A program made the translations under genes and the position numbers. Shown one piece after another: positions 50,239 through 62,645 of a stretch of 64,000 nt of DNA. Each line of letters opens with the position of its first letter. Position 1 is the stretch's first letter. The stretch lies in the NCBI RefSeq assembly GCF_006345805.1, contig NC_042999.1, positions 29,326,001 through 29,390,000 of the forward strand. Direction: 5' to 3'. The DNA comes from Octopus sinensis. Lineage: Eukaryota. The notes below the pieces were generated by a model. That model had not been told where the DNA came from, searched no databases, and was given only the letters and a program-made list of their open reading frames with translations.

Positions 50239-53176
50239 TCAAACATGAGACGCGAGGATAGGTGAGGAAGGGGAGAGGGGGGTTAGATGAGGAGGGGGGG
50301 GAGAGTTGAGACCAAATGGCGTATAAGAGCGAAGAGAGAAGATTAATTCCTGTTCACGGCGTAAACGGGAATCCGGATGGCCTCTGTGCAAGGACAAACC
50401 GAACACAGATAGGTGTTGCAAGGAGTGACCGGTGGAGCGGAAATGGCGTGAGACCGGTGTGTCGTTCGCAAGGTGGATGTCACGAAGGTGTTCCGCGAAC
50501 CGGTCAGCCAAGCGGCGTCCCGTTTGTCCGATGTACAAGGAATTGCAGAGAGAGCAAGAGATGCAATAGATAATATTGCTGGAGGTGCAGGTGAAGGAGT
50601 GGATGATGGGATAGGGTCGATGGTGGGTGCTAGTGAGGCGGGTGGTGTTGGAGGGGTAAGGGCAAGTGCGGCAACGTGGGCGGGAGCAGGGGAAAGAGCC
50701 GGGTTGGGAGGTAGGGTCAGGGAAGGAGCTATGGACCAAAAGGTCTCGAAGGTTGTGGGCTCGTTTGAAAGAGGGGAGGGGTCGGTTAGGGAAGAGGTGT
50801 GAAGTGGACGGGTCGGACTGGAGATGACGGAAAGCTCGAAGAATGGTGCGTTGGAGACGTAGAGTCGTGGGGTGGTAAGTGAGCGGAAAAGGGAGGCGGG
50901 AGACTACAGGGCGGGTTCGGGGAGAGAGAGCAGATACACGGTCCACGGACCGTGCTCTGGCAAGGGCGGTGTGGATAGTGGTGAGGGGGTATCCACGTAG
51001 GGTGAAGTGGTGAGCCATACGTTGAGACTGAGTCTCAAAGTCATGGTCGTCACTACAGAGCCTACGTAGACGGAGGAATTGGGAATGGGGGATGGAAAGC
51101 TTGGTGCGTTCTGGGTGGGAGGAAGAGAAGTTGAGGTATGAGTGTGAGTCTGTGTGTTTGTCGTGAATGGAGGTGGTAAGAGTGGAGTGAAGAATGCTAA
51201 CCGAAATGTCGAGGAAGGAGACAGAGGTGTTGGAGATAGTGGAAGTGAAGTGGAGGGCTAGATGGAAAGATTGGACGAAAGAGAGGAAGGAATCTAGATG
51301 TTGGCGGGAGAGTGAGGTGGCACCGATAATTTCGTCAATGTAACGACCATATAGTTCAGGAGTGGGACCAGTGAAATTAGAGAATATTTGGGCCTCAACA
51401 TAGCCAACGAACAGGTTCGCATAGTTGGGGCCCATTCGCGTTCCCATGGCCACTCCCGAGACCTGATGGTAGAACTCGCCCGCGAACGAGAAGCAGTTCA
51501 GAGTAAGGACAAGTTCGGCCAGACGAATGAGTGTGGAGGTTTCAGGACAGGGTTAGATCGGAGGTCAAGAAAGTGTCGAAGGGCCTGCAGTCCTTCGTGG
51601 TGAGGGATAACAGTATAGAGGCTTTGGATGTCCATAGTAAAAAGGATTTTGGAGGAGCCGGGAGGAAAGGAGAAAGAGTTGAAAAGCCGGAGAGCATGGT
51701 TGGTATCGTGGATGTGGGAGGGAAGAGATGCCACTAGGTGGACAAGGACACGGTCGAGGTATTTAGAGATGAGCTCCGTGGGGCAGTTACAGGCGGAGAC
51801 GATGGGGCGGCCAGGGTTGTTGGGTTTGTGGATTTTGGGGAGGAAGTAAATGGTGGGGGTACGTGGGGTTCGCACAATTAGGTTGGATGCGGTGCGGGGG
51901 AGACGGGAGGACGAGATGAGGTCTTGGACAGTAGAGGATACCGTCTGTTGGTAGCTACGTGTGGGGTTAGAGGGCAGAGGGGAATAGAAGGAGGTGTCAT
52001 TGAGTTGGCGGAAAGCCTCGGCCCTATAGAGGTCCGCGCGCCACACCACTACAGCTCCACCCTTGTCAGCCGGTTTGATGATAATGTCAGCGCGCCGTTG
52101 GTGGGAACGAAGAGCCAAGAGCTCAGCCGGGGAGATGTTGAGGCGGCGTTGGCGCTTGGAGAAGTTGAACCGCTCCAATGCACGCTGACAAGCGACCGCG
52201 AAAAGATCCACTGCTAGGATCTGGCCAGAGGCAGGCGTCCACGGGGATGGTCGGCGGCCCAGGCCAGTGAAGCAGTCCTCTTCGTTGGGTGTGGGTGGCG
52301 AGTCGTGGTAATGCGCACCCAACCGGACACGGCGCACAAAGCTGTGGACATCAACTCGCGTCTGGAATTCCTTACAGGATGGAGTGAGGGGGATGAAACG
52401 CAGACTCCTCCGTTCAGCCGCAGAGAGGGGAAGATCGGGGGGAATGGTAACAACAGACGGAAGTGGAGAAGGGGTGGGTGGAATAGAAGTAGGAGGGGTG
52501 GTAGGTCTCGTGGAGGTCTGAGGGGGAGGGATTGGGGAGGTGTGTGGGGGTGGTTGGGCGGGGAAGTAGGGTTAGGTGTAGGTGGATGGAGCCTAACGGG
52601 AGGGGAGAAGGGGTTGTAGGGAGGGGCAGTGGCGTTAGGTGTGGGTGGATGGAGCCTAACGGGAGGGGAGAAGGGTGGTGGAGGAGTTGGGGTAGTGGCG
52701 TCGGGTAGGGTGGAATGGAAGAGTGATTGGAGTTTACGAAGTTTGGTATCTGAAAGAAATTGATGGAAGAGTTGATTCAAATGGATAATGAAGCGTAGCG
52801 TGTTTGGAGCATAGAGAGGCGGCAGAGAGGAGAAGAAGGTGGAGAAAGCAGGAGGAAGAAGGCGGTTGATGGCATGTAGTTTGGAGAGATTGGAGCGAAT
52901 GGTGGCCCGCATAAGGCGGTAAGATGTGGTGCGGAGTATGGGCAAGATGGAAGAATCCGAGTGGAGAGCAGGGTGGAAGTGGAGGCGGAAACCTTTAGGG
53001 ATGAGTCGGTGATGTAGGCAGCAGCTTAGGAAAGAGACATGGCTAGAGAAGCGGGTTTTTTAAAAAAGAAGTAGAGAGAGATTAACGGACGGCTGAAGGC
53101 AATATACAGGAAACGAACGGAGATGATCCTTCAAACGGTGATGGAGGGTGAGGAGGTAGGACCTAGGATCCGGCAT
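50239..53176 (-). pseudogene. Disabled PLE ORF: N-terminal domain, Pro-rich spacer, RT, Cys linker, GIY-YIG endonuclease
   Basis: ATG at 53176 (MPDPRSY..), one TAA, then HVSFLSCCLHHRLIPKGF. Frameshift in the Pro-rich part. Then IKPADKGG, GRPIVS, FTMDIQSLYT, a frameshift near 51540, AMGTRMGPNYANLF and YIDE (catalytic YxDD altered). Then CSRPRCRTC and NIIYCISC..LYIGQTGRRLADRFAEH. Confidence 0.95.
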
Positions 53177-53898
53177 GATGGGATAGCGGAAAAAAAACGT
53201 TCGAAAAAACAAAAAAACAAAAAAAACAAATATTATCGTATGAAAAAAATAGAAAAAAAGGATAGCGAAAAATGGGGAAAAAACAAACGTTCAAAAAAAC
53301 AAAAAAATAATAATCGTATGAAAAAACTAGATAAGTAAGCGATAGGGGCAGAAAAGACGGGGCAGACGGAAAAGGGAAAGAAAGAAGGGAAGCAGAGAGA
53401 GGGGGAGGCAAAAAAAGGGGGGTGCAGGCAGAGGAAACGGATTATGGAAATCCAGAGAGGGAAGAAAGACGGAAAGGAGAACAAATATGCAGGAAAATGT
53501 GGAAAGCATGAAATGAATGTAAAAAAAGTGGTAATATAAGAGAAAATAAAAATACAACAAACGGGACAGTTTATGCGAACAAGTTCAAGGTTGAAAGTTC
53601 AAGGTGAGAAATGTGTAGACGTCGTGGTATATTTTTTAAGGATTTCACATCAATGCAAATTCACTTTGATCCTCGAAAGAGAAGTGCAGCCAATGGTAAG
53701 TATCCAAGAGGTAAAGAAAATCCAAGGTAGAGGTAAGTGTTGATAGTGGTATTGGTAGAATATAGGATGAAAGTGAGACCACGTGAGCGCATAATATATA
53801 ACGGGAAGCTTTATGAAAATAAACAAAAGACGAAGGCAGGTGGAAAACAAACGAACAATTGTATTAGTATGGCGCTCAGGAAATATAAATAAAACAAG

Positions 53899-53936
53899 TC
53901 TTTAACGTTTCGAGCCTACGCTCTTCAACAGAAAGA
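53899..53936 (-). ncRNA. Minimal type I hammerhead motif, variant core (upstream pLTR)
   Basis: Identical to 50101-50138. Confidence 0.7.
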
Positions 53937-54110
53937 TACACAGAGAGAAAAAAAAATCACAGAAAGAAGGAGAGACAAAAATGCGTGCAGTAGCTAACGA
54001 ATCAACATGGCGATCTGATTTCGGCCAGAGGTCAAAGATCAAACATGAGACGCGAGAGCGAAATAAGGGGAGATAATAGGGTTGATAATAGGGTTGAGGG
54101 ACCAGCTAAA

Positions 54111-54440
54111 AGTGCGTAGGAGGGGTCTGGATGTGTGTATGTATAGGGTTGGTGTATGTATTAGTATGTATAAGGGTGTGTGTGTGTATGAGAGAGTATT
54201 AGTGCGTAGGATTGGTCTGGACGTGCGTATGTATGGGGTTGGTGTATGTATTAGTATGTATTAGTATGTATTAGTACGTATTAGTATGTATAAGTGTGTG
54301 TGTGTGTGTGTATGAGATAGTATAAGTGCGTATGCGGGGTCTGGACGTGTGTATGTATAGGGTTGGTGTATGTATTAGTATGTACTAGTATGTATTAGTA
54401 CGTATTAGTATGTATTAGTTGGTGTATGCATTAGTATGGC
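54111..54440. repeat. Three-unit minisatellite (~90-125 bp units) with nested TATTAGTATG decamers
   Basis: Units start AGTGCGTA at 54111, 54201 and 54325. Confidence 0.9.
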
Positions 54441-55539
54441 ACATCATATGTGATGTGATGTGTAAAGTCATGTGGCGTAGGGAGGAGAAGAGGGGGAGGG
54501 GGAGAAGAGGGGGAGGAGAGGGGGAAGAAGAGAGGATGGGGAGAAGGAAGGGGAAGAGGGGGGATGAAGGAGGAAATAGGGAGAGGGGGAGAGAGAAGGG
54601 GATAGAGCAGGGGAGAGAGGGAGTGAGGGAGCAGAGGGAAGGGGAAGAGGGAGGGAGAAAGAGGGAAGAAGGGAAGGGGAGTAGGGGTGAAAGGATGAAG
54701 AAATGAAGAAGTAGGGGTCGGGGGGAAAGGATAGGTGAGGAGGGGGGAGAGGGGGTTAGATGAGGAGGGGGGGGAGAGTTGAGACCAAATGGCGTATAAG
54801 AGCGAAGAGAGAAGATTAATTCCTGTTCACGGCGTAAACGGGAATCCGGATGGCCTCTGTGTGAGGACAAACCGAACACAGATAGGTGTTGCAGGGAGTG
54901 ACCGGTGGAGCGGAAATGGCGTGAGACCGGTGTGTCGTTCGCAAGGTGGATGTCACGAAGGTGTTCCGCGAACCGGTCAGCCAAGCGGCGTCCCGTTTGT
55001 CCGATGTACAAGGAATTGCAGAGAGAGCAAGAGATGCAATAGATAATATTGCTGGAGGTGCAGGTGAAGGAGTGGATGATGGGATAGGGTCGATGGTGGG
55101 TGCTAGTGAGGCGGGTGGTGCTGGAGAGGTAAGGGCAAGTGCGGCAACGTGGGCGGGAGTAGGGGAACGAGCCGGGTTGGGAGGTAGGGTCAGGGAAGGA
55201 GCTACGGACCAAAAGGTCCCGAAGGTTGTGGGCTCGTTTGAAAGAGGGGAGGGGTCGGTTAGGGAAGAGGTGTGAAGTGGACGGGTCGGACTGGAGATGA
55301 CGGAAAGCTCGAAGAATGGTGCGTTGGATACGTAGGGTCGTGGGGTGGTAAGTGAGGGGAAAAGGGAGGCGGGAGACTACAGGGCGGGTTCGGGGAGAGA
55401 GAGCAGATACACGGTCCACGGACCGTGCTCTGGCAAGGGCGGTGTGGATAGTGGTGAGGGGGTATCCACGTAGGGTGAAGTGGTGAGCCATACGTTGAGA
55501 CTGAGTCTCAAAGTCATGGTCGTCACTACAGAGCCTACG
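54415..55539 (-). pseudogene. Second, 5'-truncated copy of the PLE C-terminus (linker plus GIY-YIG)
   Basis: RRLCSDDHDF...YIGQTG...REQELIFSL. Homology to the first copy stops at ~55539. Confidence 0.9.
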
Positions 55540-57590
55540 ATAGAAAAGAATAGAACAGACAGAACGTAATGAACCATACTGGCGTAGACGAATTTTTAGA
55601 AACAAAGAAAGTTAGAAAGACAGACTGATAGGTTGAGTAGAGAGGAATTGCAGAACGAAACCATAAGAATAATGTTCGAAACGACATATAGAATAAAAGA
55701 TGAAGGTTATGAGGTGATATTGGGAGAAAATTTAAAAAAACATTAGTAGCAATTAAAGCGAAACTGGAATGATATTACAGACGAAAACTAGTCCAGAAGC
55801 ACGGATTGTTTGGAGCAAATCTAGATACTGCTTCAGAAACTAGATGGGAGTATACACATAACAATGATACAAGATGAAGAGGAAAGCGGATAGCTCAATT
55901 ACTAGATGAGTGCTTGCTGGAAGACGCAATACCCAGCTGGATGGCAAAGGGAAAGACATTGTAACATGCCTTAGAACCTGAAAAGGGAAATGTAGCATCC
56001 AACTTCATATCAATAACGTAAATTTCGCGTGTGTGGAAACTAGTCTCATGTGCTTTAGCCGGTGAACGATACAGGTACTTCGAAAAAATGGGCTGTTACC
56101 CAATGAACAGAACGAGTGCCGAAAAAGGAGCCGGGGGACGAACTATCAGCTCTTAATTGACAACCTAATTATCAGGAGCAGCAAAAGAAAACATACACAC
56201 CTGAGCACTACATAAGTTGACTTTTGCGACGCTTACGATATTATACCACTCTCCAGGATAATAAGAACACTGCAAATATATGCTGTAGCAGAAAATATGA
56301 GAAGCCTTATATGGAATAGCATGAAATGCTGGAGAACAGAATTGACAGTAGGTAAACAAATACTAGGAGAGGTGAAAAATCAAGAGAGGAAACTTTCATG
56401 ATGTGGGCGTGTCCCACTGATTTTTATGCGGGGAATGATCTCCCTGGGTGAAATACGACAGAAAACAAAGTTGGGGTATGATGTGAGAAGTGGTAAGGGA
56501 AAATTGAAAAACTTGGTATTCGGGTAAATCATGAATCTGTTCACAAAAACTGAGGCAGACCTTGAGGGTTTAGTCCAGTTCGTGCAGGTTTTCTCCAATA
56601 ATATAAAGATGGAATTTGGACTCTCAAAATGTGCTAGGGCGGAGAAGAAGTACAAAAATGACATAAAAACGAATTACGTAAGAGGGACTACACAATCAGT
56701 ACTATGTAGCTACAACAGAACTTGTTGAACAAATAGGTGGGATTGGCTGATAAAAGATAAGATTGGCTAATGAACAAATAGGTGGGACTGGCGGAAGAAA
56801 AATAAGAGACTCAGATGTATATTAACAGTGCAAGACTAAGCTTTGGCCATGAACTTGAGGATCAAACTTAGGATGAGCAAGTGTTTCCGCTGGGCCGCAT
56901 CAGCAATAGAGTTGATGAAACCATTAACTTTATCCTGCACGAATACCCTAGACGTGACCGAAACCACTTTAAGATGTGGCAAAACAACAAAGTAGCAAAG
57001 TACTTCAATGGAAACTGTGCGAAAAGTGGGACTAGGGAGAATCAAGAAGTTGTATGAGGGCAAACCGCAGAGAGTGACGGAATTGGATACTAGCAAAATC
57101 CTCTGGGATTTTCCAATCAAAACAGATCAGGTGCTGGAGCATAACAAACCAAACCAAGTGGTGGTGGACAAGGTGCACCACATATGCTATATAGTTTATG
57201 CTGTTTGCCCCTGTGACCCAAGAATAGAAAAGAAGGAAGTCGAATATACATAGAGATACAACCCTCTATTAAGTTACAAACAGCGTGGCTATGGAAAATT
57301 AAGTTGGAATTAGTGCCAATTGTTGTTGGGTCATTTGGAACATTACCAAAAGGCATCAAGAGGAAATTAAGGGAAATTGAAATAGAGTTCCCAGTAGGAC
57401 ATTTAAAATAATGTTTGCTTCCTTGGTACGCCAGAATAAGCAGGAAAGAATTAGTTAGCTGAAATGAGCGAATAGCATAGAACCGTAGTTTGCAGGTAGA
57501 AAGTCCACTACGCATACGAGACTTCAGCAAGGAGCTCCAACAGGAGCTCTAACAGGAGCTCCAACAAGACCTGTGATACAGAGATAATAA
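55540..57590 (+). mobile_element. Old, internally deleted R4-clade LINE
   Basis: EPYWRRRIF, PSWMAKGKT, NEQNECRK, MEFGLSKCA, ILWDFPIKTDQVLEHNKP and a C-terminal VPIVVGSFG. It ends in an AAC/AAT array. Confidence 0.8.
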
Positions 57591-57634
57591 TAACAACAAC
57601 AACAACAATAATAATAATAAAAAAAACATAATAC

Positions 57635-57685
<51 letters not shown>
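57590..57685. repeat. (AAC)n/(AAT)n array
   Basis: Seen directly. Confidence 0.95.
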
Positions 57686-59817
57686 GATATCACAAAGGCT
57701 GAACAAGCACCTGGACGAAAACAAACTGTTCCCAGAAGAGCAGAAAGGATGCCGCAAAGGCTCATATGGCTGTAAAGATCAACTAATGGTTAATAAAGCC
57801 ATAACTGAAGACAGCCACAGAAAGAAGAAAGGCCTCAGTATGGCCTGGATTGACTACAAAAAGGCGTTTGATGGCATCCCCCACACATGGATCCTCGAAA
57901 CACTAGCCATTAACAAAGTAGCACCAACAATCATAAAATTCATAGAGCACTCTATGAATAAATGGCAAACAGTCCTACACCTCCAAACAAAAGAGGGACT
58001 TATGAAAACCAAAGACATCCCCATTAGAAGAGGAATATTCCAGGGAGACACGCTCTCTCAACTCCTTTTCTGCTTGGCACTGTCACCTCTATCTGCTATG
58101 CTAAATAGAACTGGATGCGGATATAAATGTTACGGCGAAACGATCAGCCACCTTTTATATATGGATGACCTAAAACTATACGCTGCAAATGACAAACAGC
58201 TGGAAACACTATTAAAGACAGTTCATGGATTTACCAAAGAAATAGATATGAAATTTGGATTAGAAAAATGCGCCAAAGTAACCATGAAAAGAGGAGAACT
58301 AGTTAAGAGTAACAACATCACACTAGATAAAACCAATTAAATAAAAGAATTAGACCAAAGCCAAACTTACAAATACTTAGGAATCCATGAACTAGATAAG
58401 ACATAACACACACAAATGAAAGAGAAAATAAAAAAAGAATATTATAGACGAGTTAGATCGATACTAAACACAGAGCTCAATGCTAAAAACAAGATAATAG
58501 GTATCAACACTTTAGCTGTCCCAGTTATAAGTTACAGCTACAATATCCTTAACTGGACACGAAATGAAGTGACCAAAATAGATAGGAAAACAAGAAAAAT
58601 AATGACAGGATCTAGGATGCATGACCCAAAATCTGACATAGAAAGACTATATATACAACGTATAGAAGGTGGTAGAGGCCTTATACAGCGGGAAAACTAC
58701 TATAAAATAACCACCATAGGACTGCAAAAATATCTACTTCAGAAGGAAGGAAAATTGATCCAGATAGCGGCAAAACACGAGCAAAACAAAAAACTGTTCT
58801 CAGTATTTAAGGAAGCTGACAAATACAAACAAGAAATCATACCACCTAATAAACATGAAGAAGAAGAAGAAGATGAGGAAACAACAAAAGCTATAAAACA
58901 ACTGAAATCCAAACTAAAAATAGAACAGCAACGAACCATGATAAAACGATGGCAAGAAAAGCCCCTTCATGGTAAATACTGGACTAAACTAAACGCAAAA
59001 GAAATAGACAAAGAAAAATCCCAGCAATGGTTGAGTAGCTCAGGACTCAAAGCAGAAACAGAGGGATTTTTAATTGCAGCACAAGACCAAAGCCTCCCCA
59101 CCAGAAATTACCAAAAACATGTAATGAAAAGAAATATTACAAGTAACTGCAGAATATGTGGAGATGGTCAAGAAACAATAAATCATATTATCTCTAGCTG
59201 CCCAGTCCTGGCTAAGAAGGAATATATTCACAGACATGACAGAGTTGGAACCTACATACATTGGAAGCTATGCCAACATTATGGAATAACAACAGAAAAA
59301 AGATGGTATAGGCACACACCAGAAAAGGTCACAGAAAACGAGAAAGCAACCATACTCTGGGATATGCCGATACACACAGATAGAGAAATTAAGGCCAACA
59401 GACCAGATATAGTTGTCAAAGATCATGAAGAAAAAAAATGCTTTCTAATTGATGTATCAATACCGGCTGATGACAACGTGTCTCTAAAAGAAATGGAGAA
59501 ACTCTCAAAATACAAAGACCTGGAAATAGAGGTAACTAGAATGTGGAATCTGAAAACAGAAACAATTCCTATCATAGTAGGTGCATTAGGCATGATAAAA
59601 AAATATTCAGACAAATACATAACAAAAACACCAGGACTTACAAACACATATAACATACAGAAAATTGCACTACTAGGCATTGCACACATCCTACGCAGAA
59701 CACTTTCCATACAATAACCATCAGAGCATCACAACAAATCACAGCACATACCCAAAGCACACAGAACTGCGCTCGGTGAAAGCATGCTATAAAAATAAAA
59801 CTATAAAAATAAAACTA

Positions 59818-59820
<3 letters not shown>
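57686..59820 (+). mobile_element. Young 5'-truncated R4/Dong-like LINE inserted in (AAT)n
   Basis: (AAT)n on both sides. RT, CCHC and PD-(D/E)xK REL domains. Short 3' UTR. Confidence 0.95.
57687..59717 (+). pseudogene. RT plus restriction-like endonuclease frame with two in-frame TAA stops (58338, 58404)
   Basis: One frame contains EQKGCR, WIDYKKAFDGIPH, GIFQGDTLS, YMDDLKL, FGLEKCA, YKYLG, CRICGDGQETINHIISSC, RHDRV, RPDIVV, LIDVSIP and KLSKYKDL. Confidence 0.95.
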
Positions 59821-59912
<92 letters not shown>

Positions 59913-59925
59913 TAATAATAATAAG
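59821..59925. repeat. (AAT)n array
   Basis: Seen directly. Confidence 0.95.
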
Positions 59926-61595
59926 TGTAATAATAAACATTTGGAAGGCAGCTGAAAAATTATGGATACCTAGCGAGAATAAGCATGAACCTGAGCCAAA
60001 GCAAAATAATAATACTATGCGTATATATTCGTGTGTATACCTACGTGTTTCTCTGTTTGCTTGTGGAAATGTGAAAATATTTCTGCATAAATAGCCTATA
60101 GTATAATATATTGACGCTGTACAGAATAGAAATTTGGGGTTTCTGCATTAAACTTTGCATCATTTCTAAAGTAGCGACGCGAGAAAGTACTGGTGTTGAA
60201 ATTTCATTTGGCGTTTATTCTCATCAAATTGGGTTCTCGTTAAAGATCACATAATTTTAACCGTTCATTGGATCCTTAATAATAGCTTACAGATAATGGT
60301 TTCCTTTAAAATTCTATTGTGAACTACGCACTCCATATTTACAAGTTAACTTCCTCTTTATTTATTTTTGCCTAGTATCTTCGTTTGATATGCACGCATA
60401 TTATTGAATCAAATCATAAGGTACTTTCATAATAGTATTCAATTTATTCTATGCACTACATTTTTTTTTGTTAATATATTCTCGTAATTTGAAAAGTTAC
60501 TTGACTATGCACAACATATTTTGTTTCGCAGAAACGCTAAATACCGTATCGCTGATAATATTCAAGACTTTGATAGAGACACACACAACGTATAGTAACG
60601 TTAACGGCTCTCATCCTGTAATTAATCTCTTATTCTAACTTAACGATCTAAAATACAATCCTATAATCTTTAGCATCTTTATGATAATTCTTTTAAGCAG
60701 AAATTATCTGTTACTCAATTACTCATCCAGAAAAAAAATATCATCTCATAACGTTTGTAAAACACATATGACAGCAACCAAATACCCACTAATTTATACA
60801 TCACCAGTATAATAAAATCATTTTTATTTCATTATCAGTAAAATATAATTTCCTTGTCAGTAAAATATACTTCAAAATTAAATATATTTGGAAGGATCAA
60901 GGCCTTGCTCTTTGCATATTTCTTTTTTTTTATTGATGTTTTTATCTTTACTTGTACTTTCTATTATCAAGTTAAATATTTATACACTGTTGTACATACT
61001 TTCGTTTCACCACAAAATTATTCATATAGAAATAAAGACTTTTATATATGTTTGTTGAGCATCTCACATAAATATAGAAGAAAATTAACAGTTATGTACA
61101 AGCATCTGATTTATCTAACAAGCAGGTACAGCCAGTGTAGTTGACACGCGTGAGTGCGTGTGTGTGTGAGTATGCTTTTATCTCTGCCTGTCTGTCTGTT
61201 TGTCTCTCTCGCTCTCGCTCTTTCTCGTTCTCTTTCTCTCTCTCACTCTACACACACACCTATATATCTCTATGTATAAAACTGCGAATGCATGTGTGTG
61301 CGTTTGTGTCTGTCTCAGTCTGTATCTGTGCATCGCTACAACTTGTGAACTAACCTATAAATTCCAATATAATTTACACATGGCTTAATTAGGGTGTATG
61401 AAGCGTCATGGGCCACACAGAGTTCAAGATTTTGCCTAATACCAGCCTGGAGCAATCACTTATCTCTTGCATGTTTCGGTATTACCTGTCAAAATGAACA
61501 ATACCGTCTTTATTGTAATGTAATACAATACTTTCACTATTATATGGTTTCAATTTCAATATTTCAATTACTTTCACTATGCATTTATATACTTG

Positions 61596-61646
<51 letters not shown>

Positions 61647-61648
<2 letters not shown>

Positions 61649-61801
61649 GGCGGGGACTTGGATTTGTGCTAAGGAACTTGCTTCCCAGACACATGGTTAC
61701 TGTTTCAACCCCAACGCGTAGGACTACCGTACCCTTTGACTGCCCAAAGCCATGTCAGTGGATCTGGTTGACGGAAACTGAAAGTCGTCAGTCCCATATA
61801 T

Positions 61802-61869
<68 letters not shown>

Positions 61870-62180
61870 TTAAATAGACCATCAGGCTTACCACAGTATT
61901 TTGAGTGGATTTCGTACACGGAAACTGAAAGGAGACTGTCGCATATATGTATATTTGTTTGTGTATGTGTATGTAAATGTGTGTGTGTGTTTGTGCCTCT
62001 CTTTGCGCCTCTGTTTGCACCCCTACCATTGCTTGACTATCAATATTGGTCTGCTTATGTATCCATAACCTAGCCATTCGGTAAATGAAACTGATAGCAT
62101 ATGTGTTAGGCTTACAAAGAACAAATCGTCCGGTCTATGTGTTCGACCAACGGCAGTGCTTCAGTATGACCACATTTGAA
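61647..62180 (+). mobile_element. Degenerate SINE family B with an expanded internal (TA)n and a duplicated core segment
   Basis: Head TAGGCGGGGAC... The motif GTGGAT..GACGGAAACTGAAAG occurs twice (~61756 and ~61905). Degenerate tail. Confidence 0.75.
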
Positions 62181-62374
62181 CGTCATACCTCTTAAATTCA
62201 CGTGAGGAAACACATCTACTCTGTTAAAACGATTGTAGTGATCAATGAATATTCTCATACCCTACACGTTATATCATTTTAATTAATTACAGATCCCCAC
62301 GAACACTAAGTCACTGACAGCACTTTGCCGGTTAGCTACCAGGTCTATACCACGCAATTTATTAACTACTACAT

Positions 62375-62422
62375 ATTGTGTATATACATACACACACACA
62401 TACACACACACACAAACACACA

Positions 62423-62491
<69 letters not shown>

Positions 62492-62517
62492 TATATAGAT
62501 ATATGAATATATAATTT

Positions 62518-62555
<38 letters not shown>

Positions 62556-62645
62556 GTGTGTATGCATGTATGTATGTATATATACATATATATATATATA
62601 AGTATATAGATATATGAATATATAATTTTATATATATATATATCT
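62375..62645. repeat. (CA)n/(TA)n compound array with a duplicated ~110 bp unit
   Basis: AAGTATATAGATATATGAATATATAATTTTATA occurs at ~62489 and ~62599. Confidence 0.9.

Larger units (their letters stand above)
49995..55539 (-). mobile_element. Neptune-type Penelope-like element in partial-tandem arrangement (5'-truncated copy plus full-length copy)
   Basis: The pLTR segment 50001-50256 repeats at ~53799-54056. The segment 50257-51068 repeats at 54730-55539 with about a dozen substitutions. RT plus C-terminal GIY-YIG, and an HHR in each pLTR. Confidence 0.95.

Noticed and set aside
50316-55275. Plus-strand ORFs of 68-109 aa overlapping the PLE
   Set aside because: Antisense open frames expected in GC-rich coding DNA. 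They are duplicated only because the element is duplicated.
57524-57570. Three 13 bp direct repeats (GGAGCTCCAACAG-like)
   Set aside because: Spacerless tandem repeat in a LINE 3' UTR, not CRISPR-like.
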